From the NCBI RefSeq assembly GCF_018350175.1, contig NC_058368.1:155870001-155934000 (forward strand): a stretch of 64,000 nt of DNA. Reading direction: 5' to 3'. Positions 25,792 to 39,454 of this stretch are shown piece by piece. How positions within the stretch are numbered: the first letter of the stretch is position 1; every line of letters begins with the position of its first letter. A program made the position numbers and the translations under genes. Under the pieces are notes generated by a model. It was not told where the DNA came from. It saw only the letters and a list, made by a program, of their open reading frames with translations, and made no database searches. The stretch comes from Felis catus (lineage: Eukaryota).

Positions 25792-27395
25792 CAATCCCTA
25801 CCGAAATAACACCAGCATTCTTCACAGAGCTAGAACAAACAATCCTAAAATTTGTACAGGTCCAGAAAAGACTCTGAAGAGCCAAAGCAATCCTGAAAAA
25901 GAAAACCAAAGATGCCTCCACAGTTGCAGGCATCACAATTCCGGACTTCAAGCTGTATTACAAAGCTGTAATCATCAAGACAGTATGGTACTGACACAAA
26001 AACAGACACTCAAATCAAAGGAACAGAATAGAGAACCCAGAAACGGACCCACAAATGTATGGCTAATTAATCTTTGACAAAGCAGGGAAGAATATCCAAT
26101 GGAATAAAGACAGACTCTTCAGCAAATGGTGTTAGGAAAACTGGACGACATGCAGAAGAATGAACCTGGACCACTTTTTTATATTACATACAAATATAAA
26201 CTCAAAATGCATGAAAGACCTAAATGTAAGAGAGGAAGCCATCAAAATCCTAAAGGAGAAAACAGGCAAAAACCTCTTTGACCTTGGTCGCAGTAACTTC
26301 TTACTCAACGCATCTCTGGAGGCAAAGGAAACAAAGCAAAAATGAACTACTGTGACCTCATCAAGATAAAAAGTTTCAGCACAGGGAAGGAAACAGCAAA
26401 ACTAAAAGGCAACTAACTGACAGAATGGGAGAAGATATTTGCAAATGACATATCAGCTACAGGGTTGGTATCCAAAATCTATAAACAACTTCTCAAACTC
26501 AACACCCAAAAAGCAAATAATCCACTGAAAGAATGGGCAAAAGACATGAATAGATACTTTCCAAAGAAGACACCAAGGTGGCTAACAGACACATGAAAAA
26601 ATGCTCAACATCATTTGTAATCAGGGAAATACAAATCAAAACCACCATGAGATACCACCTCTCACGCTTGTCAGAATGGCTAACATTACCAACTCAGGCA
26701 ACAACAGATGTTGATGGGGATGCAGAGAAAAAGGAGCCCTTTTGCAATGCTGGTAGAAATGCAAACTGGTGCAACCACTCTGGAAAACAGCCTGCAGGTT
26801 CCTCAAAAAATCAAAAATAGAACTACTCTATGACCCAGCAATTGCACTACTAGGTATGTATCCAAAGGATACAGGAGTGCTGTTTCAAAGGGCATATGCA
26901 CCCCAATGTTTATAGCAGCACTATCGACAATAGCCAAAGTATGAAAGGAGCCCAAATGTCCATTGACTGATGAATGGATAAAGAAGATGTGGTATATATA
27001 TTCAATGGAATATTATTTGGCAATCAAAAAGAATGAAATCTTGCCATTTGCAACAATGTGGACGGTACTAGAGTGTATTATGCTAAGCGAAATAAGTCAG
27101 AGAAAGACAAATATCATATGATTTCACTCATATGTGTAATTTAAGATACAAAACAGATGAATATAAGGGAAGGGAAGCAAAAATAATATAAAAATAGAGA
27201 GGGAGACAAACCATAAGAGACTCTTAACTACATAGAACAAACTGAGGGTTACTGTATGGGTGTTGGGTGGGTGGATGGGCTAAATGGGCAATGGACATTA
27301 AGGAGGACACTTGCTGGGATGAACAGTGGGTGTTATATGTAGGCAATGAATCACTAAATTCTATTCCTGAAAGAAAGAAAAGAAAAAAAAAAAAA
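25792..27395 (+). mobile_element. 5'-truncated carnivore L1 (ORF2 C-terminus, 3'UTR, A tail)
   Basis: [20 protein letters not shown] remnant, G-rich 3'UTR, TSD aagat(gc/at)ttgctctag. Confidence 0.95.
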
Positions 27396-29120
27396 AAGAT
27401 ATTTGCTCTAGGCTTAACTTTTCCCTGTCCCAGCTCTAGAATCAGTCTGTCAACAAATATTTAATGGTATCTTTTAGGCTTTTAATATGGGATGAGGCAA
27501 AAATTCTCACTATTTGTCATCACAGAGTCCTATCAAAGCTCAGAAAAACAAAAAGATAAACTTCGAATTTATTCAGTTCTGAAAAGATTTTTTTAAGAAA
27601 GTTTAGGTTTTGAGATTATTCATTCTAACTCAAGTTCCTGAAGAGAAAACAGCTCCTAGGATATATAATAAAGCAAATCAGTCCCTTTTCCTCTCTTACA
27701 GAAATATAACAAATCCAACTGTATGAAACATGAAAATATGCCAAAGAAAAAAGTAGTTTGTCTGCCTCCAGTCTCTAGTCTGTCTCGTAGGACATACAGA
27801 TAAGCCCTCAAAAAAATCATTTTTTAGTACTCTTCAAACTGCTATACCAAATAAACTTCAACTCATATAAAAATATACCATTTTCAACATTTAAAAATAA
27901 TAAAATGTTTGGAAATGTCACATAATATGTATATTGGGCTAAAAAAGGGATACATGCTGACAAATTTCTGATTCATTCATAAAGTTCTGAACACCATGTA
28001 ATTATTTGCAAAACAGAGTAAAATAGAAGACTTAATACCCAAAATTGGGTTGGAGTGGTTAGAAAATGCTTCTCTCTCTCCAGTGAGTTGAAGTTCTGAG
28101 ACAAAACTGACTCCTTCACTTCAGTCATCTTCTACAGTTCAAAACTTAGAAACCTTTTAATCAGACACACAGCGATGATCCAATACATAAGCAGATAGTT
28201 ATATCATGTCTAATAACCATTTTCTCTACCAGCTCAGATCATAAAATGCCACCTAACATCTATGTACCAATTTAAAGTTGTCACGTACTTTACCTCACTT
28301 GATCGTCACAACCCTATAAAATAGTAGCATGTATTACCACCTTCACTATCTGTCAGACAAGAAAATGAACTCAGAGAGGTAAAATGGCTTGTCCAAAATT
28401 ATACCCTAAGAGTATAGGGGGATTAATAGAATAAATGTATTTTCCAATACGTAACACAATGCTCTTTCAAAATCACCACACTTACTCTATGTTCGATGCA
28501 ACCCTAAAATATTGTGCCCCCTCTCTTCATTACCTTATAAAAAAGGAAGTTATAAATACAGAAATATGCTTTTACTTTGCCCAGAATGTTCCTGTGAATG
28601 ACAAAATGTACTGAATAAATAGGAAATCCACACACTTCTCCTATGTTAACTAGGAAATCAGATATAGATTTTTTTTTTAATTTCATTAGCACTGAGAGAC
28701 ATGTAGAAAGAAAACATCAGGAATTATGTTTTCTATTTTTTAAAATGAAAGCAACACTGTCAAGCTGTTTATACAGAGACTGGGTTCCAAAGGCAGTGGA
28801 TTAGGCAGAAATCAAGTATAAAAAACATTTCCATTAAGAATCCCTTCAATCACCTCTAAAATACAGTACAACTGATCCATATAACTTAAATATGCATCAG
28901 ATGTAACACAAGTGTTTCTTCTAAAACATGCCTCAGGTGATTAAAGTGATTCAGCAACTAGAATTCTAAACTTCAACTAAGCATATGAAGTAACTGGATA
29001 AAAATACCACTTGATATCCAGAAGAATTGAAAACAGAGACACAGATATTTGTACACCCATCTCATAGTAGCAGTATTCACTGCCAAGAAACAACCCAACT
29101 GTCCAAAGACAGAGGAATGG

Positions 29121-31872
29121 TGTGATGGTTAATTTTATGTGTCAACTTGACTGAGCCATACCATGCCCAGATATTTGGTTAAATGTTACTCAGAGTGTGT
29201 CTGTGAAGGTGTTTCTGGATGAGATTAACATTTGAGTTTGGGTGAATATGTATATGATACTTTCAAACACTTTCGGAAAATTAATGAACATAATGAGATT
29301 GGCTGGTTGCTGCTAAAGTCACTGAACAAAGTGGTGGAAAAAAAAGGATACATTCAGGGATTTGAATTCTCAGCTCAAGTGTAGCATAAATAACCTGTAA
29401 TTTTCTAAGCATGTCCTGAAGGTGACCCTTATCTCTTGTAGCCAAAGGGCTGAGATTGTTAAAAATCAAACACAAAACCTCATCCTGCAACTAGCTGAAA
29501 TACAGTCCAAGCAGAACTACCAGCCTCACAGGTGTCCATTGTTAAAGTGAGGACACATACTGGGAAAGAATGGGATTGTGTAAATTGGAATGGTGACATG
29601 TGGGAAAACCCTGAAGAAGCTGGAGACAATAAGCCTCTAAATTGTGATAATTCTTTGCCAGTGGAAAAAGCCTTCCCATCCTCAGTAGTAGTGGTCTCTC
29701 TACCTTACTCTTAGAGAATTAGCCTGTGTTGCCTAAGGAAACAGTAATGTCCTCCTCCACCCCGCTCAAGGCTGATGCCAGGCAAGACAAAGCTGATTCT
29801 CTTAATGACCCACTCCCCAAAGCCCTCTTTGCAACTAGACTTTCAACTACACTCAAGTCATAGCAGGCCCCTAAAGGTGAGGTATATAGTATGACTCGTG
29901 AGGGGGAGCACAATATCCAACACTCTTTTGGATTTTCTAATTTATACAGACAGATCCAGAAAACATGTGTGGGAATAAATATTAAGGGCATGGGATTATA
30001 GTAGAAGGAACAATCAGATCATATTTATTGATATAGGCTCACTAAGCAGATATTCCATATTTAACATTGAATCTTGGGGAATTAGGATGACTGATTAAAT
30101 GTCAGACCTGCCTTGGTTTACTGCAGAGGAAAGGGTCAAAGGTTTTGGAAGACAGGAATGTTACAATGGATTTGTCACTGAAGACGTACTCACTCACAAT
30201 GGGAAGGTCCAGAAGACATACCTTTCCCTACTACAATGAAAAATAAATTTGTGAGGAGAACCCTGGCATTCTTGAAGAGCTCTGTAATGACTCATTTATG
30301 CCAGACCTTACAGTGAGAACTAAATCACTAAACTAGGAAACCGGGGATGCTGTTTGGAATCTTCAGTAAGCCGCTGGTGAATCACAGTACAGGCTCTTAG
30401 GATTTTGGAGTAAAGCCCTGCCATCTACTGCAGATAACTACTCTCGTTGGTCTGCCATTAGGCCTTAGGAGAGACTGAATGCTTAACCACAGGCTACCAA
30501 GTTACCATGTGACCTTAGCTGCTCACTATAAACTGAATGTTATCTGACCCACCAAGTCCTAAAGTTGGGTGTGTACAACAGCACTCCATCATCAAATGGA
30601 AATGGTCTATCTGTAACCAGGACTGAGTAGGTCCTGGAGGCAAAAGTTACATGAAGTAGCCCAAATGCAGAAAGTCCCCATTCTTGCTACACTGAACTTC
30701 TATCTAACAGCATGCACCTAAGGCCTCAGGGGGAGTTCTTACCACCAGCTGATAGAAGGCAAAACTCAGGTCTGGTTTACAGATGGTTCTGCATGATATT
30801 CAGGCACCAACCAAAACCAGCCAGAGAGTCTGGGATACCAATGAAGGAAAGTGGTGAAAGGAAATCTTCCCAATGGGGAGAACTGTGAGCAGTGCACTTG
30901 GCTACCATTTGCCTAGAAAGAGATATGGCCAAACATGTGATTATATAAAGATTCATAGGTTGTGGCTACTGGTTTGGCTGGATGGTCAGAGACTTGGAAG
31001 GAATATAATTGGAAAATTGGTGATGAGGAAATAAGGCAAAGAGGTGTGTGAATAGTCCTCTCTGAATGGGCAAAAGATGTGAAAGATAGCTGTGTCCCAA
31101 CTTAATACCCACTAAAAGATTACCTCAAAAGAGGGAAGATTTTAATTACCAAGTGAGTAAGATAACTCTTTCTCTGGACACCAGTCAGCCTCTTTCCCCA
31201 GACACCCCTGTCATTGCTCAACGGGCTCATGAACAAAGTAGCCATGGTGGCAGGGATGGAGGAGGCATGGGCTCATCAATATGAACTTACATTAACCAAA
31301 GCCAACCTGGCTATAGCCATTACTGATTGTCCAAACTGCCAGAATCTGAAAATAATACTTAGCTTCCAATACAGTGCCACTCCCGAGAGTAATCAGTGAA
31401 CTACCTGGTGGTAGTGGATTACATCATATTACTTCCATCATGAAAGAAGTAGCTTTTTTTTTTTTTTTGAAATGCTTCTGCCATATCTACTATTATCTAC
31501 TATTTATGGAGTTACAGAATGCCTTATCCACCATCATGGTATTCCACATTGCATTGCTTCTGATCAAGGAGCTCACTTCCCAGCAAAAGAAGTGCAGCAA
31601 TGGTCCCATGTTCATGAAATTCATTTGTCTTACCCTTTTCCCCACCATCCTAAAACAGCTAGTTTGAGAGAATGGCGAAATGGCCTTTTGAAGATTCATT
31701 TACTGTGTCAGCTAAGTGAAAGAACCTGCAGGGCTGAGGCTAGATTCTCTAGAAGGCTGTGTATACTCAGAATTAGTTTCAAATATATGGTGCTGTTTCT
31801 CCCATAGCCATAATTCACAGGTCTAAAAATAAAGGGGTAAAAATGGGAGTATCACCACTCATTATTACCCCT
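29121..31872 (+). mobile_element. Decayed ERV-L provirus: start of an MLT2 LTR (29121-~29237) plus gag, RNase H and integrase remnants
   Basis: tgtgatggttaattttatgtgtcaacttgactg LTR start; peptides WNGDMWENPEEAG, WFTDGS (30773) and HHGIPHCIASDQGAHF. Confidence 0.9.
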
Positions 31873-31876
31873 GATG

Positions 31877-33645
31877 AACAAGGAAAGAATGTCCATTTTC
31901 TCACTATTCTTATTCAACATAGTATTAAGAATTCTATCAAGTACAAAAAAGCAAGAAATGAAATAAAAGGCATATTGATTGGAAAGGGAGAAATTAAACT
32001 GTCAAATGTGCAAACAACCTGATGGCCTAACAGAAAATCTGAAGGAATCTCCCCCCAAAACTCCTAGAACTATTAAGTGACATTAGGAGAGCCATTAGAC
32101 ATAATATCAACAAACAAAACTTGATCACATTTCCATAAACTATCAGTAAACACGTGGCAACTGAAAATGAACAAATCAGGAGACTATAGATGCTGGAGAG
32201 GATGTGGAGAAATGGGAACCCTCTTGCACTGTTGGTGGGAATGCAAATTGGTGCAGCCACTCTGGAAAACAGTGTGGAGGTTCCTCAAAAAATGAAAAAT
32301 AGACCTACCCTATGACCCAGCAGTAGCACTGCTAGGAATTTACCCAAGGGATACAGGAGTACTGATGCATAGGCGCACCTGTACCCCAACGTTTATAGAA
32401 GCACTCTCAACAATGGCCAAATTGTGGAAAAAGCCTAAATGTCCATCAAGTGATGAGTGGATAAAGCAATTGTAGTTTATATACACAATGGAGTACTACG
32501 TGGCAATGAGAAAGAATGAAATATGGCCCTTTGTAGCAACGTGGATGGAACTGGAGAGTGTGATGCTAAGTGAAATAAGCCATACAGAGAAAGACAGATA
32601 CCCTATGTTTTCACTCTTATGTGGATCCTGATAAACTTACCAGAAACCCATGGGGGAGGGGAAGGAATAAAAAAAAAAAGAGGTTAGAGTGGGAGAGAGC
32701 CAAAGCATAAGAGACTCTTAAAAACTGAGAACAAACTGAGGGTTGATGGGGGGTGGGAGGGAGGGGAGGGGAGGTGATGGGTATTGAAGAGGGCATCTTT
32801 TGGGATGAGCACTGGGTGTTGTATGGAAACCAATTTGACAATAAATTTCATATATTAAAAAAAAAGAATAAACACGTGGCAACTGAAATTAAGAATACAA
32901 CACTGTTTATAACCACCCTTAAGAATTAATACTTAGGTATAAATCTAATAAATATGTAAGACCTCTATGCTGAAAACTACAAAATGCTGATAAAGGAAAT
33001 CAAAGATCTAAATAAATCAGAGATATACCATGTCATGGATTGAAAGACTCAATAAAGATGTCAATATTCCCCATATTCATCTATAGGCTTAAATAGAATA
33101 TTAATCAAATCTCAGTAAATTTTTTTGCAGATATGGATAATTTAACTCTAAAATGTATATGGAAAAGCAAACAACCCAGAATACCTAAAAGCTAAAACTT
33201 TTGAAAAAGAATGAAATGGGAAGAATCACTCTACTCAATTTTAAGACATACTATACAGTACAGTAATCAACAGTGTTACCAAAGAGATAGACACAGATCC
33301 ATGGAACAAAACAGAGGACCCAAAATGAGGCCACTCAAATACCTAAATATACCCATTTTTGACAAAGATGTACAAAGTAATTCCATGGTGGAAAGACAGT
33401 CTTTTTCACAAATGTGCTGTCACAAATAAAAATTAATAGGCAAAACAAACAAACAAAAACCCCATGACTTAGGTCTCATACCTTCTATAAAAATTAACTC
33501 CAAATGTGTCATTAATTTAAAAGTAAAATCTAAAATTATAGAACTTTTTAGGAGAAAACACAGGAGAAAATTTTCATAAACTAGGGTTAGGCAAAGAATA
33601 TAACACCAAAAACATAATCCATAAAACATAAAACTTGTAAGTAGA
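31877..33645 (+). mobile_element. Old L1 ORF2 remnant, split by a younger L1
   Basis: acaaggaaagaatgtccattttctcactattcttattcaacatagta RT-region remnant; continues after 32888. Confidence 0.8.
32167..32868 (+). mobile_element. Young felid L1 3' end (L1_Fc-like), 5'-truncated
   Basis: Perfect 20-bp TSD taaacacgtggcaactgaaa; gacaataaatttcatatatt plus A tail. Confidence 0.95.
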
Positions 33646-33868
33646 GGAGCGCCTGGCTGGCTCAGTCGGTTAAGCATCCAACTTCAGCTCAGGTCACAAT
33701 CTCGCGGACCGTGAGTTCGAGCCCCGCATCGGGCTCTGGGCTGATGGCTCAGAGCCTGGAGCCTGCTTCCGATTCTGTGTCTCCCTCTCTCTCTGCCCCT
33801 CCCCCGTTCATGCTCTGTCTCTCTCTTTCTCAAAAATAAATACACGTTAAAAAAAAAATTAAAAAAAA
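33646..33868 (+). mobile_element. Young SINEC_Fc-type SINE
   Basis: CpG-rich; TSD aaact(t/g)gtaagtaga. Confidence 0.95.
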
Positions 33869-34379
33869 AAAACTGGTAAGTAGACTGTTTGAAAGATAAA
33901 GTTTTATTCAGTTTGACAATTTGTTTGAAATATACTTTGCTATGCACTGCCATTTTGTTTTCTAAGATTTCCTATTTAACTCCTTCATGAATTGTTACAA
34001 GTTCATGTGCGCTAAACATTCTTATTCCTATAGTACTGATGGATTAACAGATTCAGAGAAGCTAAGCAGAAAAACCTGAGCTTAAATCCAGACAGTTTCA
34101 TCTTTAGACCCTATCCATACTCTTTTTATATAATTGTACCTCCAAAACCCAGAAAACCTATGTAAACTCTTATAAACTGCTTGAGGAAGTGTAAATTGGA
34201 ACCGTAACTTGAAAGATTCAAATTTTCACATTACAGAGTAAGGATGAAGACTCACAAAACCCATCTAGTTGGAAAGTCAGAGGCTATTTAGAAGGAGACT
34301 TACATGCATTCCTTGCCCTCTCTCCTAAATCAACCATTATTCTGGGAGTGCTAGTCATCCCCAGCAGCATACAAGCATG

Positions 34380-35150
34380 CAGTAAAACCTTCTACAGGGT
34401 TGTCCACAACTGTCTCCCATTCCTCTCTTCCCATTCTCTACCGAAACTCTCCAAAAGAGCTTTAATTTCCATCAATTTATGAAAATAGCTCTTTTTGACG
34501 GTCACCAATGACCTCCGCACTGTAAATTCCAAAAGTAATTTCTCAGTCCTTGTATAACATGAATTATCATCATGACTAAATTAATTACTCCCATTTTTTT
34601 TACATTTGGCATTCAGGATCTCTCTCTGTCTCTCTCTTACTCCTGGTTCTTAGCCTTTCTTCTTAGAAATTCATTTTCAGCTTCTTTTGATGGTTCCTGG
34701 TCATCTTTCTGACCCTAGAGTTGAGATGCCCTAGGGCTCAATCTACAGATCTTTTTCCTGTCTACATTGACATCTCCAGTGATCTCAATTAGGACCCATG
34801 GTTCTTTAAATATTACCTCTACACTAATGTTTCCTCAAACTTTTATCTCTAACCCAAATGCTCTCCCAAACTCCATACTCAACCTCTTTACCTTCCTGTT
34901 TAAGAAGCACCTCAGTTTAACATTTAATATATCTAAAACCTAACTCCTGCTTTCCACTACAATCACCACAACCTGTTTCTCCCGGTTTTCTTAATCTAAC
35001 AAATCTAAGAGCTTTTTAGGCCAAGGGCATTCGAATTTATCTTGTTGACCCAACAGCAAATCATGTCATCTCTTTCTTCACAACACAACCAGAATCTGTC
35101 ATCATCCTTTCTGCGACTACTCTGATCCATTACATCATCTCTCACATTTG
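34380..35150 (+). mobile_element. L2 fragment
   Basis: ggtcaccaatgacctcc...ttctcagtcc motif and pyrimidine-rich L2 body. Confidence 0.65.
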
Positions 35151-35801
35151 TGAGAAGAAAGTAATGCTCTTAGCCATTTTCCATTTTTGAAGGTACAGGC
35201 TAGCTACACCATTCCATTGAGAGAACATTAGCTCTAAAAGCAGGGACAAGATGAGGCTGGCTTCTTTATTACATACTTATATGTTTTATGCTTTCAAGAA
35301 AAGAAATAAAGTAAGGTCGAAAGAGAGAATCTTGAGATATCTTTATCATCCAGCCTCATAAAGCAGGGCAGGATAGCAGTGAGGGATTCAGAGAAATGGC
35401 TGCAACTAAGATGGTCTGGTACATATTCATTTGGGCCATCACCTACAAAGCATCTTGAAGACCACAAAGACTCTACATTGAATAAAAGATTCATTATCTA
35501 GCACAGATAGCATCTCAACATTTAGAAAATCCGTAAGATTTTCTTTCACCATCAAAGAAAGTAACTGTGAGACCACATACAAATTACTTAGGTAAGCTGA
35601 TCTGGGGTAAGTCACTAGACAGTTAGATTGAAATATGTAATAATGAAGAAATCTTTCAGCTCAAAAGTGCACATTTAGGAGTAAAATTCTTTTAGATTGC
35701 AGACTTAAAAAGTCTAGAATTCAAAATTCCAGAAGAATGCCTTGGGCAGATTCTTTCTGAGATGTTAACATGGAAAGCCTCTCAAAAAATATTCCTAATT
35801 C

Positions 35802-35985
35802 AGGGCGCCCGGGTGGCTCAGTAGGCTGAGCATCTGACTCCCAGGGTCGTGGGATCAAGCCCTGCATCAGCTCCATGCTGAGTGTGGAGACTGCTTAAGA
35901 GTCTCTCTCTCTCCTTCTGCCCCTTTCCCCCGCTTACGAATTCTCTCTCCCTCTAAAATAATTTTTTTTAATTTTAAAAACTATC
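35802..35985 (+). mobile_element. Can-SINE (older)
   Basis: Head gggcgcccgggtggctcag; TSD atattcctaatt. Confidence 0.88.
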
Positions 35986-36389
35986 AAAAATATATTCCTA
36001 ATTAATGCCATGAAGATAGAATACTGGATTATTAGGCACACCATTACCCTAGCCAAGCATGACATTCTGATCAACAAAAATATGATAATGGCACTTAATC
36101 TTGACTCAAGAGACTTATAGTGTTAGTTTTACCTTTAAATAGATGACTTTGGATAAGAAAAGAGTTAAGATTCCCTACAGTTGTAAAAGTATGTGATTCT
36201 GTGATTTATTTACTGAGTACATACTACACTTCAGACACTGAGACAGTTGTGAGGGATACAAAGAGTTACAAACGGATTAAATACTAATATTCTTATTTTA
36301 GAACTGAAATGAAAGGAAGATCACCTAAATATTCCTATACCTTCATGAGGAACAATGAAAACCCCTAAAAAAGCAAATTAAGCATGTAC

Positions 36390-36495
36390 CTTTCAGTGCT
36401 GTAGTCTTTTCTTTTTCATCTGGACCTCCCTGCTGGATTTGTGCCATGCTTATCCAAATTGGTAACAAAATTAAAGAGCTCAAGGAAATAGACAT
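36390..36495 (-). CDS. FAM172A: FAM172A/ARB2A first coding exon (whole exon 36390-36513, including 18 nt of 5'UTR); MSISLSSLILLPIWISMAQIQQGGPDEKEKTTALK
   Basis: Manual translation matches the FAM172A N-terminus as I recall it. Acceptor cattctag ends at 36514, an in-frame TGA lies 9 nt before the ATG, donor AAG|gtacat is phase 1 and joins the next exon in frame. Confidence 0.96.
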
Positions 36496-38482
36496 CAATC
36501 TTCAGAAGACAGTCTAGAATGAATGAAAGCAATAAATTAAGCTCTACTCAATCCTACCTACTCCATGAGAACTTCATAGATCCTCCCAGTTGGGATTAAT
36601 CTCTATTCTGATTTCCCACTGCACTTTGTTGATGCCTATACCACAGTTACTTATCATAGCCTGCCTTGCATTATAGTTATTTATGTATTTGTCTGGGTTG
36701 GCTAACAGATTACAAGTCCCAGGATAAAGGTATCAAGTTTTTGTCATCTTTATATCTCTCATGTCACCAAACACAATGCCTTATACATACAGATACCTAA
36801 AGTTGCTGAATGTAATTTAGCTAAACTTACTGTGTAAGTTTAGTTCTCTATCATCTAATTTTTTTTTTTAAATATCTCCAGGTAATTTCAAAAGCCTGAA
36901 ATTTCTTTTAAAATAAACTATAAGCTTGTGCCAATTACAAAGTCAGAATGTCTTCGACCTGGAACAGACAGCAGAAGGAGAAAAATACAAACTATGTAAG
37001 GTAGCTATAAGCTACCTCTGGTGTAATTCAAAATATAACTTTAAGGGAAAAAATTGGCCCATTTTAAAAATGAAACTATGTCAAATTCAGTATCTGGAAG
37101 CCATATAAATGGCACTCCAGTAAACAATCATAATATAAAATTATGATTTATTAAGATCTAATTCTGCTCCATTTTGGCCAAAGGGAAGGCATTTACACCA
37201 CAAATAGAAGTTTTTTTCCCAGTATGCCCATGAAGAGTAAAACAAACAAACAAACAAACAAAAACACTACTCCTAAGGTTTAAGAGACAAAAATGAAACA
37301 AAAGTTAAACTAATTTAGTCAATCTATAACTGTTAATGAAATTCTATAAAAACTACATTCATGACAATAATAAAACAACACTGAAAATTCCTCTGATTGA
37401 GGAACCCAATTTATTTGCTATCCACAAAGAAAATTTCAGTTTCCTTTTGGAGGGCTATTTTATAACTATCTTTAAAAACTGAGGCATTTTCATAATCAGC
37501 TAAGTATAGCAGAAAATAAAAACACCAACACTGAAAATAATATTTTAAAACTATGAATGTCTCAAACAGTCATAAATCATATTGTCCTTATCTCAATTCT
37601 GACTGAGGGAGGGTGGGGTGGGGGCAGGTGGTATAAGAGGAAAGACCATCTGGCTTTACCCTCAACTACCACATACCCCTGACAAATTATTTAGCTTCTC
37701 TGTGCCTTATTTCCAAATGTGAAAAATAACAATGATAATCATGTTTCCCTCATATGGTTACACTCAGATTAAATGGAAAATAAAAGATCTAGCATAGTAC
37801 CTGATGCATAATTAAGTGCTCAATATACTCTGGCTTATATATTTTTTAATTGTCATAAATGTATCCTGGTTTCACTGCTTAATAATAGCTCTGTGGTCAG
37901 GAACAAGTCACTTAATATCCAAAATCTTCAGTATCCTCATTTATAAAATATAGCCCAAATAATGGTGGCTGAGAATTAATATTATAGAAGGTTTATACAT
38001 CTGATCATTGCTATTACTAGCAATAATACTGCTTCTCAATGGAGTGAGGTTTCCTAATAGGAAAAAGTAGAATATGAGAGTACTTTTGAGTAGGAAGGCA
38101 TTTCCACTTAGCAGGAAAGAAGTTATTTTTCTTCTGTGAATAGGGAACTAAAAACTCTGTTAATCTACGTGAATAAAATGTGTCTACATTCCTTCAAGAA
38201 ACATATCATAGTTTGTATGGTGGGCAATGTATAAGATACCAGGGTGCAGCGGTGAGTAAAACAGACATGGTCATGGCCTGGGTGGGGGCTAGCAAAACAA
38301 ACTGCCAACTTGTAAAATACGTTAAGACCTAGAATGATAATTACAACACTGTTATAAAGGTTTACCTATTTACATGCAGGAATTGGTCTTATCTGTCAAG
38401 TCCCACAGGTTTCCATACAAGTTTTACCAGCAATTCCCTATTATACACCATCCTATAGCAGAAATTAAAGAGAAATGTTCAC

Positions 38483-38691
38483 GGGGTACCCGGATGGTTC
38501 AGTTGGCTAAGCATGTCTTTTGACTTTGGGTCAGGTTATGGTATCATGGTCATGAGATTGAGCCCCATGTTGGGCTCTGTGCTGGGCATTTAGCCTGCGT
38601 GAGATTGTCTACCTGTCTGTCTGTCTGTCTGTCTCTCTTTCTCCCCAACCCCCAACTATCTTTCCTGCACTTGGATACTCTCCATCTCGCT

Positions 38692-38724
<33 letters not shown>

Positions 38725-38744
38725 AAGAAAAAGAAAAAGAAAAA
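38483..38744 (+). mobile_element. Can-SINE (older) with long A-rich tail
   Basis: TSD agaaatgttca. Confidence 0.88.
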
Positions 38745-38922
38745 AGAAATGTTCATAATGAGAAATCTCATGCACTGCTCTCTGTTAACAATTCCATAAC
38801 TATCTACAAGGGCTTCTTGCAGTGTTTAATCTATCCTGCCAATCCAATATTTCTTCTAAATATAAGTGGTTTGGTTATTTTTCAATGGCCCCAAATTGCC
38901 TGATTACTAAACAGAAGAATTT

Positions 38923-39124
38923 GGGGTGCCTGGGTGGCTCTGTCAGTTAAGTGTCTGACTTTGGCTCAGGTCACTATCTCACGGTTCATGAGTTTGAGCC
39001 CCGAGTCAGGCTTTGTGCTGACAGCTGAAAGCCTGGAGCCTGCTTCAGATTCTGTCTTCTTCTCTCTCTACCCTTCCCCTGCTTGCTTGCTCTCCCTCTC
39101 AAAAATAAATAAATATTAAAAAAG
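38923..39124 (+). mobile_element. Can-SINE, first of a tandem pair
   Basis: Head, CT tract, tail; outer TSD taaacagaagaat. Confidence 0.92.
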
Positions 39125-39135
39125 TTTTAAACAGA

Positions 39136-39356
39136 GGAGTGGCTGAGTGGCTCAGTCAGTTAAGCGTCCGACTTCAGCTCAGATCATGATCTCTTGGTTT
39201 GTGAGTTCTAGCCCCGCGTCGGGCTCTATGCTGACAGCTCAGACCCTGGAGCCTGCTTCAGATTCTGTGTCTCCCTCTCTCTCTGCCCCTCCCCTGCTAA
39301 CGGTCTGTCTCTCAATAATAAATAAATGTTAAAAAAAAAATTTTAATTAAAAAAAA
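39136..39356 (+). mobile_element. Can-SINE, second of the tandem pair
   Basis: Flanked by ttttaaacaga on both sides. Confidence 0.92.
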
Positions 39357-39454
39357 TTTTAAACAGAAGAATGTACACTATTATCTCATTGTGACTGTTT
39401 CAATGAAAGTGAAATTATAGAACATTTTTGGTGCTAGAGTCATTTTCAAGATTC

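Noticed and set aside
32747..32781. G-quadruplex-like tract
   Set aside because: Standard G-rich segment of the L1 3'UTR.
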